Assembly (NCBI RefSeq): GCF_006345805.1
Contig: NC_043000.1
Span: 134,106,001 to 134,170,000 of the forward strand
Source of the DNA: Octopus sinensis
Lineage: Eukaryota
Length of the DNA: 64,000 bases
Reading direction: 5' to 3'
The first letter of the stretch is position 1. The number at the start of each line of letters is the position of its first letter. The position numbers were made by a program, and so were the translations under genes. Positions 1-11,710 of this stretch are shown piece after piece. The notes beneath the pieces were generated by a model that saw only the letters and a program-made list of their open reading frames with translations, did not search any database and had not been told where the DNA came from.

Positions 1-1050
1 CATAAGGCCTTAAGAGTATAACTAAGAATGTAGAAACTGTGTGCGAGCCAGTCTGATGGTCTGCACCTGTAAATCAAAAGACCAATCTTGTCACATACTG
101 TGCTCTGCTGATTTTGTGCGAGAATTACATTCTGAATACAACTATACTCAGTTACTGACACTATACTCAGTTACTAATTTAATGAGGAGATAAGTCAGGT
201 GGTCAAACAACTGGAATACACATCAAAATCAACAGCAGATCCATTTATTTATTTATTTTATCTTATATAATTGCATGTATCTGTATATTTACACATACAC
301 TCATATATACATTTATTAATAGATACATAGAGATTTAGTGTCTGGTTACTTCAGTACCATAGTTTCAAGCTAGTATCGAGGAATCTAGTAATCTTCCGCA
401 GATTTTTTTGTAGTAGTTGGAAAAGCAGTGTCTCATCACACCGTTACAAATATACATTCATGAACAGAAACCATGTGCACTCCTTCTAGTGGAAATGGCA
501 TACTGTACACATTCTCCCACCAATGCGAGTGGAAAACTAGAAAGAAGCACATAATGCCTTAACCGTAGATATAGCATAAGCATTTGAAATGAAGGCTGAA
601 GTTGTGAGCAGGAAAAAAAATTTTTTTTTCAGCTAATGATAAAGTACAATTGCTACCAAATAATTAAGCAGTTGCAGCTACCCCTTGTTAGCATGGTTAC
701 TGCACTTATGAAAGTAAGATATAGAGACAGAAAAGCATGCTATGCTGTAAGCATTGCTGAAAGATGCAATACTCTCCAAAGGTGCCAATATATTTCTGAT
801 CTGCAGTCAATAGTTTATGATGAGTGTATTAAAATGCAAGCTATATAGGAAATATATATTAAATGTGTGTGTTGTGTTGTGTGTTCCTTGATGTTTTAGA
901 AATTAAAATGATAAAAATAATAAAATATAAACAGCCTGAAACACTGAAGTATTTAAAATATTGACAAATCAAATTTTGTTGACTTAATAAATTTTAAAGA
1001 CATATCCATGGAAAAAAAACAATAATCTTTCTAATATATTTGGTAGAACT

Positions 1051-1265
1051 AAGGCAGCGAGCAGGCAGAACCGATAGCACGCTGGACAAAATGCTTAGCA
1101 GTATTTCATTTGTCATTACATTCTGAGTTTAAATTCCACTAAGGTTGACTTTGTCTTCCTTTCTTTCAGGGTCAATAAAATAAGTACCAGCTAAGCACTG
1201 GGGTCAATATAATCAACTTACTCCCTTCTCCCCAATTGCAGGCCTTGAGCCAAAATTTGAAGCCA
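1051..1265 (+). mobile_element. tRNA-derived SINE family A (others about 22240-22445, 22890-23295 tandem, 23820-23930, 42260-42462, 43345-43552, 52665-53106 tandem, 62260-62390, 63653-63877)
   Basis: GGC.GCGAGC.GGCAGAA head, B-box-like GAGTT(C/T)AAATTCC, shared core GACTTTG(C/T)CTT...AAGTACCAG...CTGGGGTC. Confidence 0.85.
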
Positions 1266-1568
1266 ATCTATAGGTAGAATTATTACTATAGCATGCTTTC
1301 CAAAACCTCAAAAAAGTTTTTTTCCTCAAACCTCTTTAAAAGAACATAAAACAATTCAAATCATTTTTGGATAAAAAATCTGCTGTTTTTGTTAAATATG
1401 AAAATAAACTACAATCTGAGCATCAGCCAGATACATTCTACTGCCGCAATAATGAGTATCCTAAGTATTTTACCTCCTTTTTTAGGTTGGTTACCAGCAA
1501 AAAGAGAAATTTATTGTGGTCGCAATCAAGAATTAGGTTTTACTTTAGCAACATCGTTTTGTTACTTA

Positions 1569-2450
1569 CATCATCATCATCATCGTTTAATGTCCACTTT
1601 CCATGCTAGCATAGGTTGGACGATTTGTTTGAGGACTGGCAAACCAGATGGTTGCACCAAGCTCCAATATGATCTGGCAGAGTTTCTACAGCTGGATGCC
1701 CTTCCTAACGCCAACCACTCTGAGGATATAGTGGGTGCTTTTACATGCCACCAGCACGAGAGACAGTCAGGTGGTACTGGTAACACTCACGCTCAAATGG
1801 TGATTTTTATGTGCCACCTGCACAGGAGCTAGTCCAGCAGCACTGGCAACGACCTCACTCAAATGTCTTTTCACATGCCACCGGCACGGAAGCCAGTCAG
1901 CTGTTCTGGCAATGATCACACTTGGATGGTGCTATTAGCACTCCACTGGCACGGGTGCCAGTCATCAAATTTAATTCAATTTTGATTTCACTTGCCTCAA
2001 CAGGTCGTCGCATGCAGAGTTTAGTGTCAAATGAAGGAAAGCTACATATAAGTGGGCTGGTTACACCCCTGGCATAGGCCACGAGTTATGGTGTCACTTG
2101 GCTTGCCGGGTCTTTTCATGCACAGCTTATTTCCAATGGTCTTGGTCACTAGTCATTGCCTCGGTGAGGCCTAATGTTCGAAGGTCATGCTTCACCACCT
2201 CATCCCAGGTTTTCCTGGGTCTACCTCTTCCACAGGTTCCCTCAACTGCTAGGGTGTGACACTTTTTCACACAGCTATCCTCATCCATTCTCGCCACATG
2301 ATCATACCAGCGCAGTTGTCTCTCTTGCATCATGTTTCACTGCCATGTAGCACGGCTGTTCGTACACATGCGTCATACCGTCTACCTTTTACTCTGAACG
2401 AGAGGCCCTCTGTCACCAGCAGAGGTAAGAGCTCTCTGAACTTTGCCCAA
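1569..2450 (-). mobile_element. RTE-clade LINE 3' fragment (ORF C-terminus, 3'UTR, (GAT)n tail)
   Basis: WAKFRELLPLL...LHGSET and RQLRWYDHVARM...RGRPRKTW peptides, followed by a UTR ending in GATGATGAT. Confidence 0.88.
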
Positions 2451-2919
2451 CAATTTATTTGGAGAGAATGTTGAGATAGAATACACAGCAAGTAAGTGAA
2501 AAAATAGATTTGGAAAATAGAATTAAACATATGATAAAGAGTCCACTAAAGAAATAAAAGAGTGCAGAAACACAAGTTCCATCTCAACAAATTAAACTAT
2601 CAACAGCGTTTATTTAAACTACAGTAAATAACTGACTCTTCACAGAATTACTTTCAAAAATTAAATTTCATACAAGTGGCCATAGTGCTTACAGTTTATG
2701 TCATGTATCAAAAACAAAATATCTAAACTACCATTTAAATATTTGTATGGTAGAGGTCAAAATGATACATGGCACTTACTCTGAGGTTTCTCTAAGAGTC
2801 AAGTGGTAAAGTATTGTATGTAGCCATATAAACCTTAGTTCTATTATCAGTTCAGTATGAGATACATTCACTTTTACATGATACCTTGGTCGCTGAGTGG
2901 AATTTATAAGTCCCCAAAC

Positions 2920-4030
2920 TAAACTCACTTCCAGTTGCAGTTTATCTGCTTAAAAACTCTCGTCTCATGTGTTTCCCCTCCATTCCTTTGCCAAAAGATG
3001 TTGTGATGCTAAGCTAAGATTTCTCTCTTCTTTTCCCGATCCTTCATACTTCATTCGCCATTAACACTTTCAATGTATTATTAACAGCTTGTTTTCATGA
3101 GCTAACCACTGAAAATGTCCCCTCAAAAAAAATATAATTTTAACTCTCATGTAATTCGTTAAGATAATTACTTGTTTCTCGGTTTGCTTAATCTCATTCT
3201 TATTACCATTATTTTCGTCCTTCTTTCCCCCAAACAAACTTTGCTTGTTCACAGTGTTTTCATGAGCTAACCATTGAAAATGTCCCCTCAAAAAATATAA
3301 TTTTATCTCTCATGTAATTTCTTTAAGATAATTACTTGTTGCTTGGTCTGTTTAATCTCATTCCTATTACCATTATTTTTGTCCCCAAATTAAACTCGGT
3401 TCCGGTTGCAGTTTATCTGTTTAAAAACTCATGTTTCCCCTCCATTCCATTCCTTCACCATTATTTTCTTCCTTCTGTCCCCAAACAAAATTTTCCTTGT
3501 TCACAGTGTTTTCATGAACTAACCATTGAAAATGTCCCCTAAAAAAATATTTTATCTCATGTAATTTTGTTAAAATAATTACTCGTTTTTCGGTCTCTTT
3601 AATCTCATACTTATTACCATGTAAGATAATTACACATTTCTTGGTCTGCTGAATCTCATTCTTATTACCATTATTTTCGCCCCTCTGTCCCAAAACAAAA
3701 CTCGCTTCCGGTTGCAGTTTATCTGTTTAAAGACTCTCGTCTCATGTGTTTCCTCTCCATTCCGTTCCTTCGCCAAACAATGTTGCGATGCTAAGATTTC
3801 TCGTTTTTTTTTTTCAATCCTTCATACTTCATTCACCATTAACACTTTCAATGTATTCTTTACTAACAGCTTGTTTTCATGAGTTAACCATTGAAAATGT
3901 CCCCTCAAAAAATATAATTTTATCTCTCATGTAATTTCGTTAAGATAATTACTTGTTTCTCAGTCTGTTTAATCTCATTCTTATTACCATCATTTTCGTC
4001 CTTCTGTCCCCAAACAAAACTTTGCTTGTT
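2920..4030. repeat. Complex tandem repeat with higher-order structure
   Basis: TGTTTTCATGA..TAACCA.TGAAAATGTCCCCT recurs at about 3090, 3256, 3507 and 3872; 2925-3250 is repeated at about 3703-4030. Confidence 0.85.
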
Positions 4031-4913
4031 TGCAGTGCGCTCGCCTTTTCCTGCCCCCACCACCAATACTGGATATCTCTATCTTCCCACCATCTACACC
4101 GGATATCCCTTCTCCCACCACCATTACCTGTGTCTATTCTCCTGACCCCTCCCTCCTCACTGGGCTGTTCTCTATATATTACCTGCACTTCTCTCTTTCC
4201 TAGAACAAATGCAGTCAGCCCAGCTGCTCGTCCACCCACCCACTTAACCGGCTACCTTATGTTTCGTTCTGTCTAGAAATCTGTCACCACCACTACCAGA
4301 TATCTCTTCTCCCAACTCCCCCTCCTCACTAGTGCTGTTCCCTATATTACCTGCATTCTCTTTTTCTCTATCTCTCTCCCTCTCTTTCTCTCTACTGGGA
4401 CAAATGTAACCAGGTTTCTGCCCTCCTACTTAACGGCTGGCTATCTTTCGTCCCATTTTCATTCTGTCTAGAAACATGCCAACAACTACCCAGGAATTTT
4501 CCTTCGCCTTATCAAGTGAAGGAGAAAGCTATTCGGCTACCCATGCGTGGTTGTTCCTGTGTATGGGTGCGCTTGTGTGTATGTAGGAATGAGCTTGTTT
4601 CCTCCCTCTCTGTCTGAACCCTTCCCCGCTGGTGGTTCCTTCCATTATACCTGCAATCCTCCTATTCCTGGACAAACGCAACCAGTTTTAGCTGACTCCC
4701 TCCTAACCTAACATTGGAATATCCATATATTTGCTACACCACTTAAATCTACATCATTCGATGACCATAAATGCTTATGCTTACAACACTTCTAACACCA
4801 GCTCCTACCTCCAGTAGGAGCAACAATCTTAACATGCTTGAATGTTGTCAGGTTGGAAGAAAGAACAGATGAGTAAAGTGAGTTCATGGCTGTTTCCTGC
4901 ACCAGCTTCACAT

Positions 4914-5364
4914 AATCAGCTCCAGCCCATTCAAAAGTACCTTGGATCGTAGGATGACCTGCTGTGTTTACCTTGGATTGTAGTGCAACCTGCTGTGCTT
5001 GAGGAGACCTATTGAGTCAAATACATCAACATCAAAATAAAAATAAAATGGAAATTGAAGTTGTGATACCTGGTGCCGGTGGCACGTAAAAAGCACCATC
5101 CAAACGTGACCGATGCTAGTGGTACGTAAATAGCACCAACCGATCATGGCCGTTGCCACCCTCCTCTGGCCCCTGTGCTGGTGGCACATAAAAAGCACCC
5201 ACTACACTCACGGAGTGGTTGGCATTAGGAAAGGCATCCAGCTGTAGTAACACTGCCAGATCAGACTGGAGCCTGGTGCAGCCTCCTGGCTTCCCAGACC
5301 CCGGTCGAACCGTCCAACCCATGTTAGCATGGAAAACAGATGTTAAACGATGATGATGATGATG
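4914..5364 (+). mobile_element. RTE 3'UTR-derived repeat (other copies near 17555-17818, 18186-18350, 20196-20363, 26232-26557, 36060-36210, 42590-42867, 60020-60180, 61745-61855, 63478-63610)
   Basis: Shared GGAGTGGTTGGC.TTAGGAAGGGCATCCAGCTGTAG...CATGCTAGCATGG...TTAAACGATGATG, the same family as the tail at 1569-1900. Confidence 0.88.
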
Positions 5365-5952
5365 TATATAAACACTCGATAGTCTTAATATTTATTCACA
5401 ATGATTACCAATTCTTGAAATACACATGGTTTAAATGGGCATGTGTGTGTGTGTATGTTTGTGTGTTTATGCATATGCACAAACACACACAAAATATATA
5501 TTATGAGAATTTAAATAGGGAATACTTTTTAACTGTAGAACTCAAAGTAGATAAAGCATGTAGAATTTTAGGTTTAAAAAAAAAACCCTTGGATGAAAAA
5601 CAAAAGGTCGGCTTTTGCTTTATTTCCAGAAGCCTAATATTCTATATGCAATTATTCATTGCTTTATCAACTTTCAAGTTCTATTGTTAGAAATAGTTTC
5701 ATATCTCTAAATTTTGATAAACATCTTACAATTCTTGCTGGTAAGAACAAAGTCTCTAAACTGAATGGAGAAAATTTAGAGTGTTACTTTGGCATAATGG
5801 TAGAACACCCATCATGCTTACAGAAACAGCTATCATGTTTACAGAAAATGTGGGTTCGTGCCCCATGAGCAATCTTCAATTTTTTTTTCCATCCGCAGAG
5901 TTTTTTAGATCAATATCATTTATAATCTACGAGTTTCATTAAAAATAACCCA

Positions 5953-5987
<35 letters not shown>

Positions 5988-7720
5988 GAGAGAGAGAGCA
6001 CTCCTTGTGTGTACACAGTTAGATTTATGACTGCTACTGGTGATTGGAAAGTTTTATCTTTGAATAAAATGGTAAAAGAAAATGGTAAAAATTTCCCCAC
6101 AAATAAATCATATATATTTGATAAAATTAGATAGCTTTTCTTTTTCAAAGCTCAGCAATGAAAAAGCAAGAGCTTTATTATTATAATTATTAAGTTAATA
6201 GCATTGCTTCAATGTTATTATATTAATTGCAATGAGACAAGAAAATTTTTTTAATTTTAGGTAAAGAAGAGAAAAATAACACAAGAGGTAAGTAAAAAAA
6301 AAATTGTAAGTTATTTCCTTGTGATTAGAAATACACATGCATGCAAAGGCAAAAAAAAAATTTACAATAAATAGAAACATGCACATAGATAATATAGTGA
6401 GGCTGTGGGTTGGGAAGGGGCAATTTCTGTATTATTTTTCTTTATTGAGAATGAAATCTCTGAGATAGCAAAGAATGAGCCAATTCATTTTTTTTTAAAT
6501 TTCAAATGAATACTGAATGTTTAACACATATGTGGAGGACTATATATTGCCACCAACACAATTAAGGTATTTTTGTCATTTATAACCAAGATGTAAAAAA
6601 ATTGATATGAGACAAATTTTTTTTAAATCCTGCAAATTTAAGAGTTTTAACAGACTTTATATACTTTTTTTTTTGTAAATGTAGTCTTTAGTTAACTGAG
6701 GCCTTATAATTTTGAAGATACAATTTTATTTTAGCTGGGTTTTGTTATTCAATAAAGCAAAATTTTTGTCATCATTTTAATGATAATGATGATCTTACTT
6801 TATTCAATTTAACTTTTAAAAAATGATAGACAAAATATGTTTTGCCTTTGCCATTCATGAAATGATTTAAATCTTTTCAATTTATTTTATCACTAGTTTA
6901 AAATCCACACTCTGTGCAGACCTTTAGGTTAGCTCCTACTGAGGGCTAATTGGGCTGGCAGCCCAAAACTAAAAAGGGCTAAATAGTATGAATATAATAC
7001 ATCTATAATGACTATATGCCCCGGTGGTGTTTGATCAGAGGTTAAGGACGGATGAGAATTAATTCTGTAATGCAATCATTCTATTGTTCCAGTCCCAACT
7101 TGAATTCCAGCTATTGGCCAGTTTCTCCCAAAGTTCTTATCTCAACGTAAATTTAACAAGGTAAATGTCATTTATCTCCCCCTTGATCTCTGGTGTCATC
7201 TGACAAATGCCAACCAAGATGTTGTAAATCAACCAAGCTTTACTCGCAAGAAATAACAACCGAAATGCTTTTAAGTCAGATTTCAATGCTGGATGTTCAA
7301 GAACCAATTGAAGGGCAAAATTTCAATCCTGAGATCATCCCGATTCCAAAAAGGTATAATATGTCTATATAAAGTAAATGTAGACTGAGATACAGGAGTT
7401 CCAAACAGACAGAATATATATATAAATATAACACAGTTTGTGAGCTGAATTACAATATTACTTTCATCAGCTGTATTGATTCATGCTTCCCAATTCTGTT
7501 TTGGCAGTCTTTTCATTGACCATCAGCTCACACCATTTTTACCTTACATAAACTATATGAATGTATTTTTACTCTCACTAATTTGCCTGTGCTTTTGATA
7601 CCTCACCACTCATATATACACAGTCTCTTTCATGTCATATTCACAATCAACAAGTTATTATCAAACTTAATTTTTACCCACTTTTACAACTGACTGTCTT
7701 ACTGCTGTAAGCATTATGGA

Positions 7721-7767
<47 letters not shown>

Positions 7768-9555
7768 CATACATACATACATAGATATATGATGGACTCT
7801 CCTGTCAAAGATGACGTATTCAGCTTTATGGTGATCAAATGTATGAGCTGTACATAAGCTCACTCCCTCCATCAAATTGACATTACCTGAACAAGTGCAC
7901 GGTGTACCACGTGTCAGGTGTCAAAGTAATTGCAGAGCAACACGAGCTGAAGTGTTTTGCTCAGGAACACAACACATAACCCTTTATATATATTTATTTA
8001 CACACACACACACAATTACAGTGGAAGACACATATCAAGCATTCAGAAACACACAAAAACTGCTGTACCAGTGACCAAGCTGCACCTAGCATGACAAAAA
8101 GTTTTGACACAAAATAATGTTTAAGAAAACTTAACGGTTTTATGTGTTTTGAATGGTTAATATGCAGTTTCAAGTCACTGTTGCTAGGTTCAGTTATTGT
8201 TTTAAGAGCAATTTTTGTAACATTATATATATTTCTAAAGTTTTCATGAAATAAATATTTGTATAACATTTATCATTGACATAACTTAGTAACAAAAACA
8301 GCAGAGAATTCAGTCAACAAATTATTCGGATGAAAAAAAAATTGATGCTTTCACTGGCTTTTGCTTCATTGGCTAAATATCTGAGTAATTGCATTTATTG
8401 ATTGAAAGCAAAGAGTATAAAAATTCAACAATAAATCCATAAAATTCATGTTACTTCTTATCCTCCAAGCTATCAACTGAACACAAAGAAAGCGGTTCTG
8501 CCTGCAATGAAAATGTCACAAACAGATTGCCATAGAATCTACTCTGTATCTAACCTTAACCAACATCAAGTCATAAAGTCTGTAAGATGTTGGTCTCACT
8601 GGTGATGCCAAACACACATGATTATAACATCAAGTGTCTGAAAGGAAGAGAAGGGGGAATAAGTAAGTAAATAAAAAATATATAGACATCTCTTCTATAA
8701 AGCAGTTTTAACATAATACAATATAATTGTTACACTATGCTGATATTGGGCATGTTAGCAACAATATCTCTTTCCTAAACACCTTATAACTATTACAATA
8801 GAATTTGTATTAAATTTGAGTTTCCAGTTTAATGCATTTACTTGGTACTTAGTATTTTGTGCCTATAATAATCCAAACAATAAATAATACCCTTTTGTTG
8901 ACTTTTGTTTGTTCCCAACATTGATATAATTGCTCTACCCACAATTTTTATTTTACATAGATTACAAAACTGCTAGGGAATAAGCAGAAAGTAGTTTTAG
9001 AAATATCTATCATATCAAATCAAATATCACAAAAGCTGCTAAAGATTGTTATTCAGCCTTAATAGGTTTTTTTTATAAATGTTTTTAACACTTAAAGGTA
9101 ATTCAGTTCACTGCAAATCAAATCAACAAAGGATAATTAAAAATAATTTTGTTCAAGAAATTAGTTTTCCGGTAACAAAGATTGCTGAAGGGATGAGAAG
9201 TCGTCACTAACTTACCATAATTTGGTGAAAACAAAAAAAAAATTTGTATATATGTATATATATATATTAAATTTTCTTTTTGTGCATCTAGTTAGTGTTT
9301 GGAAGAAACCGCTTACAAATCCATCAGATAAAAAGGAGAAGCATAAAGCTGTGTATTTTCAAAGCAGAGGTACACACGGGTAAGATTAAAAAGGAAAGCA
9401 TTATTGGAGGCGACTAGTAAGTTTAACCTAATCCTGTTGGATTTTTGCAATCAAGAAAGAAAGAAATATTTAAAACTAATTATAAAATAACTTTTGAATT
9501 AAAAATTAACCTATATTCAAGAATAAGTTAACCTATCATATTTAAAAATAAACTA

Positions 9556-10822
9556 TTGGTTTGGCAACAAAGTTTCCACTGTTTTTTTAAATTTTGGAAT
9601 TTAGTGCGTTTTTTAATTTTTTTGAGAATTCTATTTTTGAATCATTTTGGAATTTATTTTGTTTTTTTTTTTTTGTTTTTGTTTTCTAGTTAATTTTAGT
9701 TAATTTTTGTTTATTTTCAGATCATTAAAATGGAATGTGAAGTTAAGAAAAATGAGCATTTTTGACACCTCCTTCTTTTTGCTTTTAATTAAGGTTCTTA
9801 AGGCCGCAAAAGTTGCTCATGACATTTGTGCTGTGTATGGAGAGGATGCCATAGCTGAAAGAACCGCTCATGATTGGTATGCCAAGTTCAAAAATGGAAA
9901 TTTTGACCTCAAACCGTCCAGGTGAGTTCGATGAAGAGTGATTAAACCAACTTTTGCATGAAAATTCTCATCAAATGACTAGGGAAATGGCAGAGAAAAT
10001 GGAATGCTCCTACACTGCTATAGAGAAGCATCTTCACTCGATGGGAAAGGTTCAGAAGTATGGAGCATGGGTTCCGCATGCTTTAAGTGACAACAACAAA
10101 AATCAACGAGCCACAATCTCTGCTGGTTTACTTGCTTGTCACCGCTCAACTCATGGACACAAGTAACAATTTCTTTACTGAATCATTACTGGTGACAAAA
10201 AATGGTGCCTGTATATCAATATGAAGCAGTGTAAGGAATGGCTTAGCTCGGTAAGCAAGCGACACCGCGCGTGAAACAAGATCTTCATCCATGTAAAACG
10301 ATGTATGGTGGAACTGGGAAGGGATTATCCATTAAGAATTGATTGAACGGAACCAAACGGTCAAAGTGGAACACTATGTTCAGCAGATGGAATGACTCAA
10401 CACAGATATTCAAGAGAAAAGACCTAATCAGCAGCAAGGAGTTCTTTTGCTGCATGACAATGCCTGCCCTCATATCGCCAATATGACCAAGGAAGCCATT
10501 CAAATGCATGGCTGGGAAGTGCTGCCACACCCGCTGTACTCTCCTGATTTGGCACCAACAGATTTCCACCTCTTTTGATCTCTTTCAAATACTATGCATA
10601 GAGTTTCATTCAATACTAATGCAGAATTGAAATCAATTGGAACAATTTTCGAGTCAAAATCGGATGATTTCTACCAACAAGGCATTGAAAATCTTGTTGA
10701 ATGTTGGGAAGGAGTTGTAAACAACAAGGGTGAATACAGTACTGATTAATTAGTTGTTTTTAATTAAACCTTTTAAAAAATTTTAATTTAAAAAACTGGT
10801 GGGGACTTAGTTGCCAACCCAA
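9556..10822 (+). mobile_element. Decayed near-full-length mariner (DD34D) transposon, mellifera-like
   Basis: TA|TTGGTTTGGCAAC...GTTGCCAACCCAA|TA termini. Frameshifted transposase with DICAVYGEDA, WVPHALS, ITGDKKW, LLHDNA, YSPDLAPTDFHLF. Confidence 0.92.
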
Positions 10823-11710
10823 TATATATTTTTACAAAATTTAATTTGCCATATTTTAAACTTGGCAAATAGATTTAATTTTATAAAGCCTGTAATCTGG
10901 TTGAGAAATCTAAATAGAATAAGACAAGATATCTTTATTATTTTACTTGCTCAAGTCATTAGACAGCAGCCATCCTGGAGACCACCTTTAAGAGTTTTAG
11001 TTGATCAACCCCAGAGCTTATTTGAGTCTAATACTTATGTTATTCATTTCCATTGAATTGCCAAGTTATCTTAAGACATAAAGGCATGCAATTTAACCCA
11101 CAGCTTTACACCCGTGTGCACGCATGCATGCATGCACACACAAACAGGCTGTTGCACAGTTTTCATCTACCAAATTTTGCTAGCAAGGAATTGCCCAACC
11201 TGAAGCATTAGTAGAAGACACTTGCTCATGGTGCCACACAATAAGATCAAGCCCAGAACTGCATGGGCTAAAGCTATACCTGCATTTATCTACATAAATA
11301 TGACAAAACAAACATCTATGTGTGATTAGTTCAAATTGCAAGCATACAGTAACTATAGTTTAAATTGTAATCTTATATAAACTTACATATAATTGCAACA
11401 AATAGTGTCTAAACAATATTTCGCTGTTACTTTATATTATAAAGAAAATGTGTTTTACAACAGTTCAATATTCCCATTTTACTACTCTACATTCAGAATT
11501 TTATAATGAAAAATTTTACTTTAACTTAAAAATTTCCATTCACTTGGTCTATCATATTTATAAGGTCTAGAGTATTTGTAAAATGCTATTTTTTTTAAAA
11601 AGCTTTTTCTTATCCAAGTCAATTTTATAGTGTTTTGCTAAGATTTTTTGCTTCTATATATCAACTTAGAACACGATGTTTGGCAAACTTAAGCTTTAAA
11701 AGGAGGAAGT

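Noticed and set aside
1367-1832. ORFs of 60-150 aa such as 1389-1832, 5116-5322, 17599-17796, 26192-26524 and 42643-42843
   Set aside because: They are chance translations of the RTE 3'UTR repeat family.
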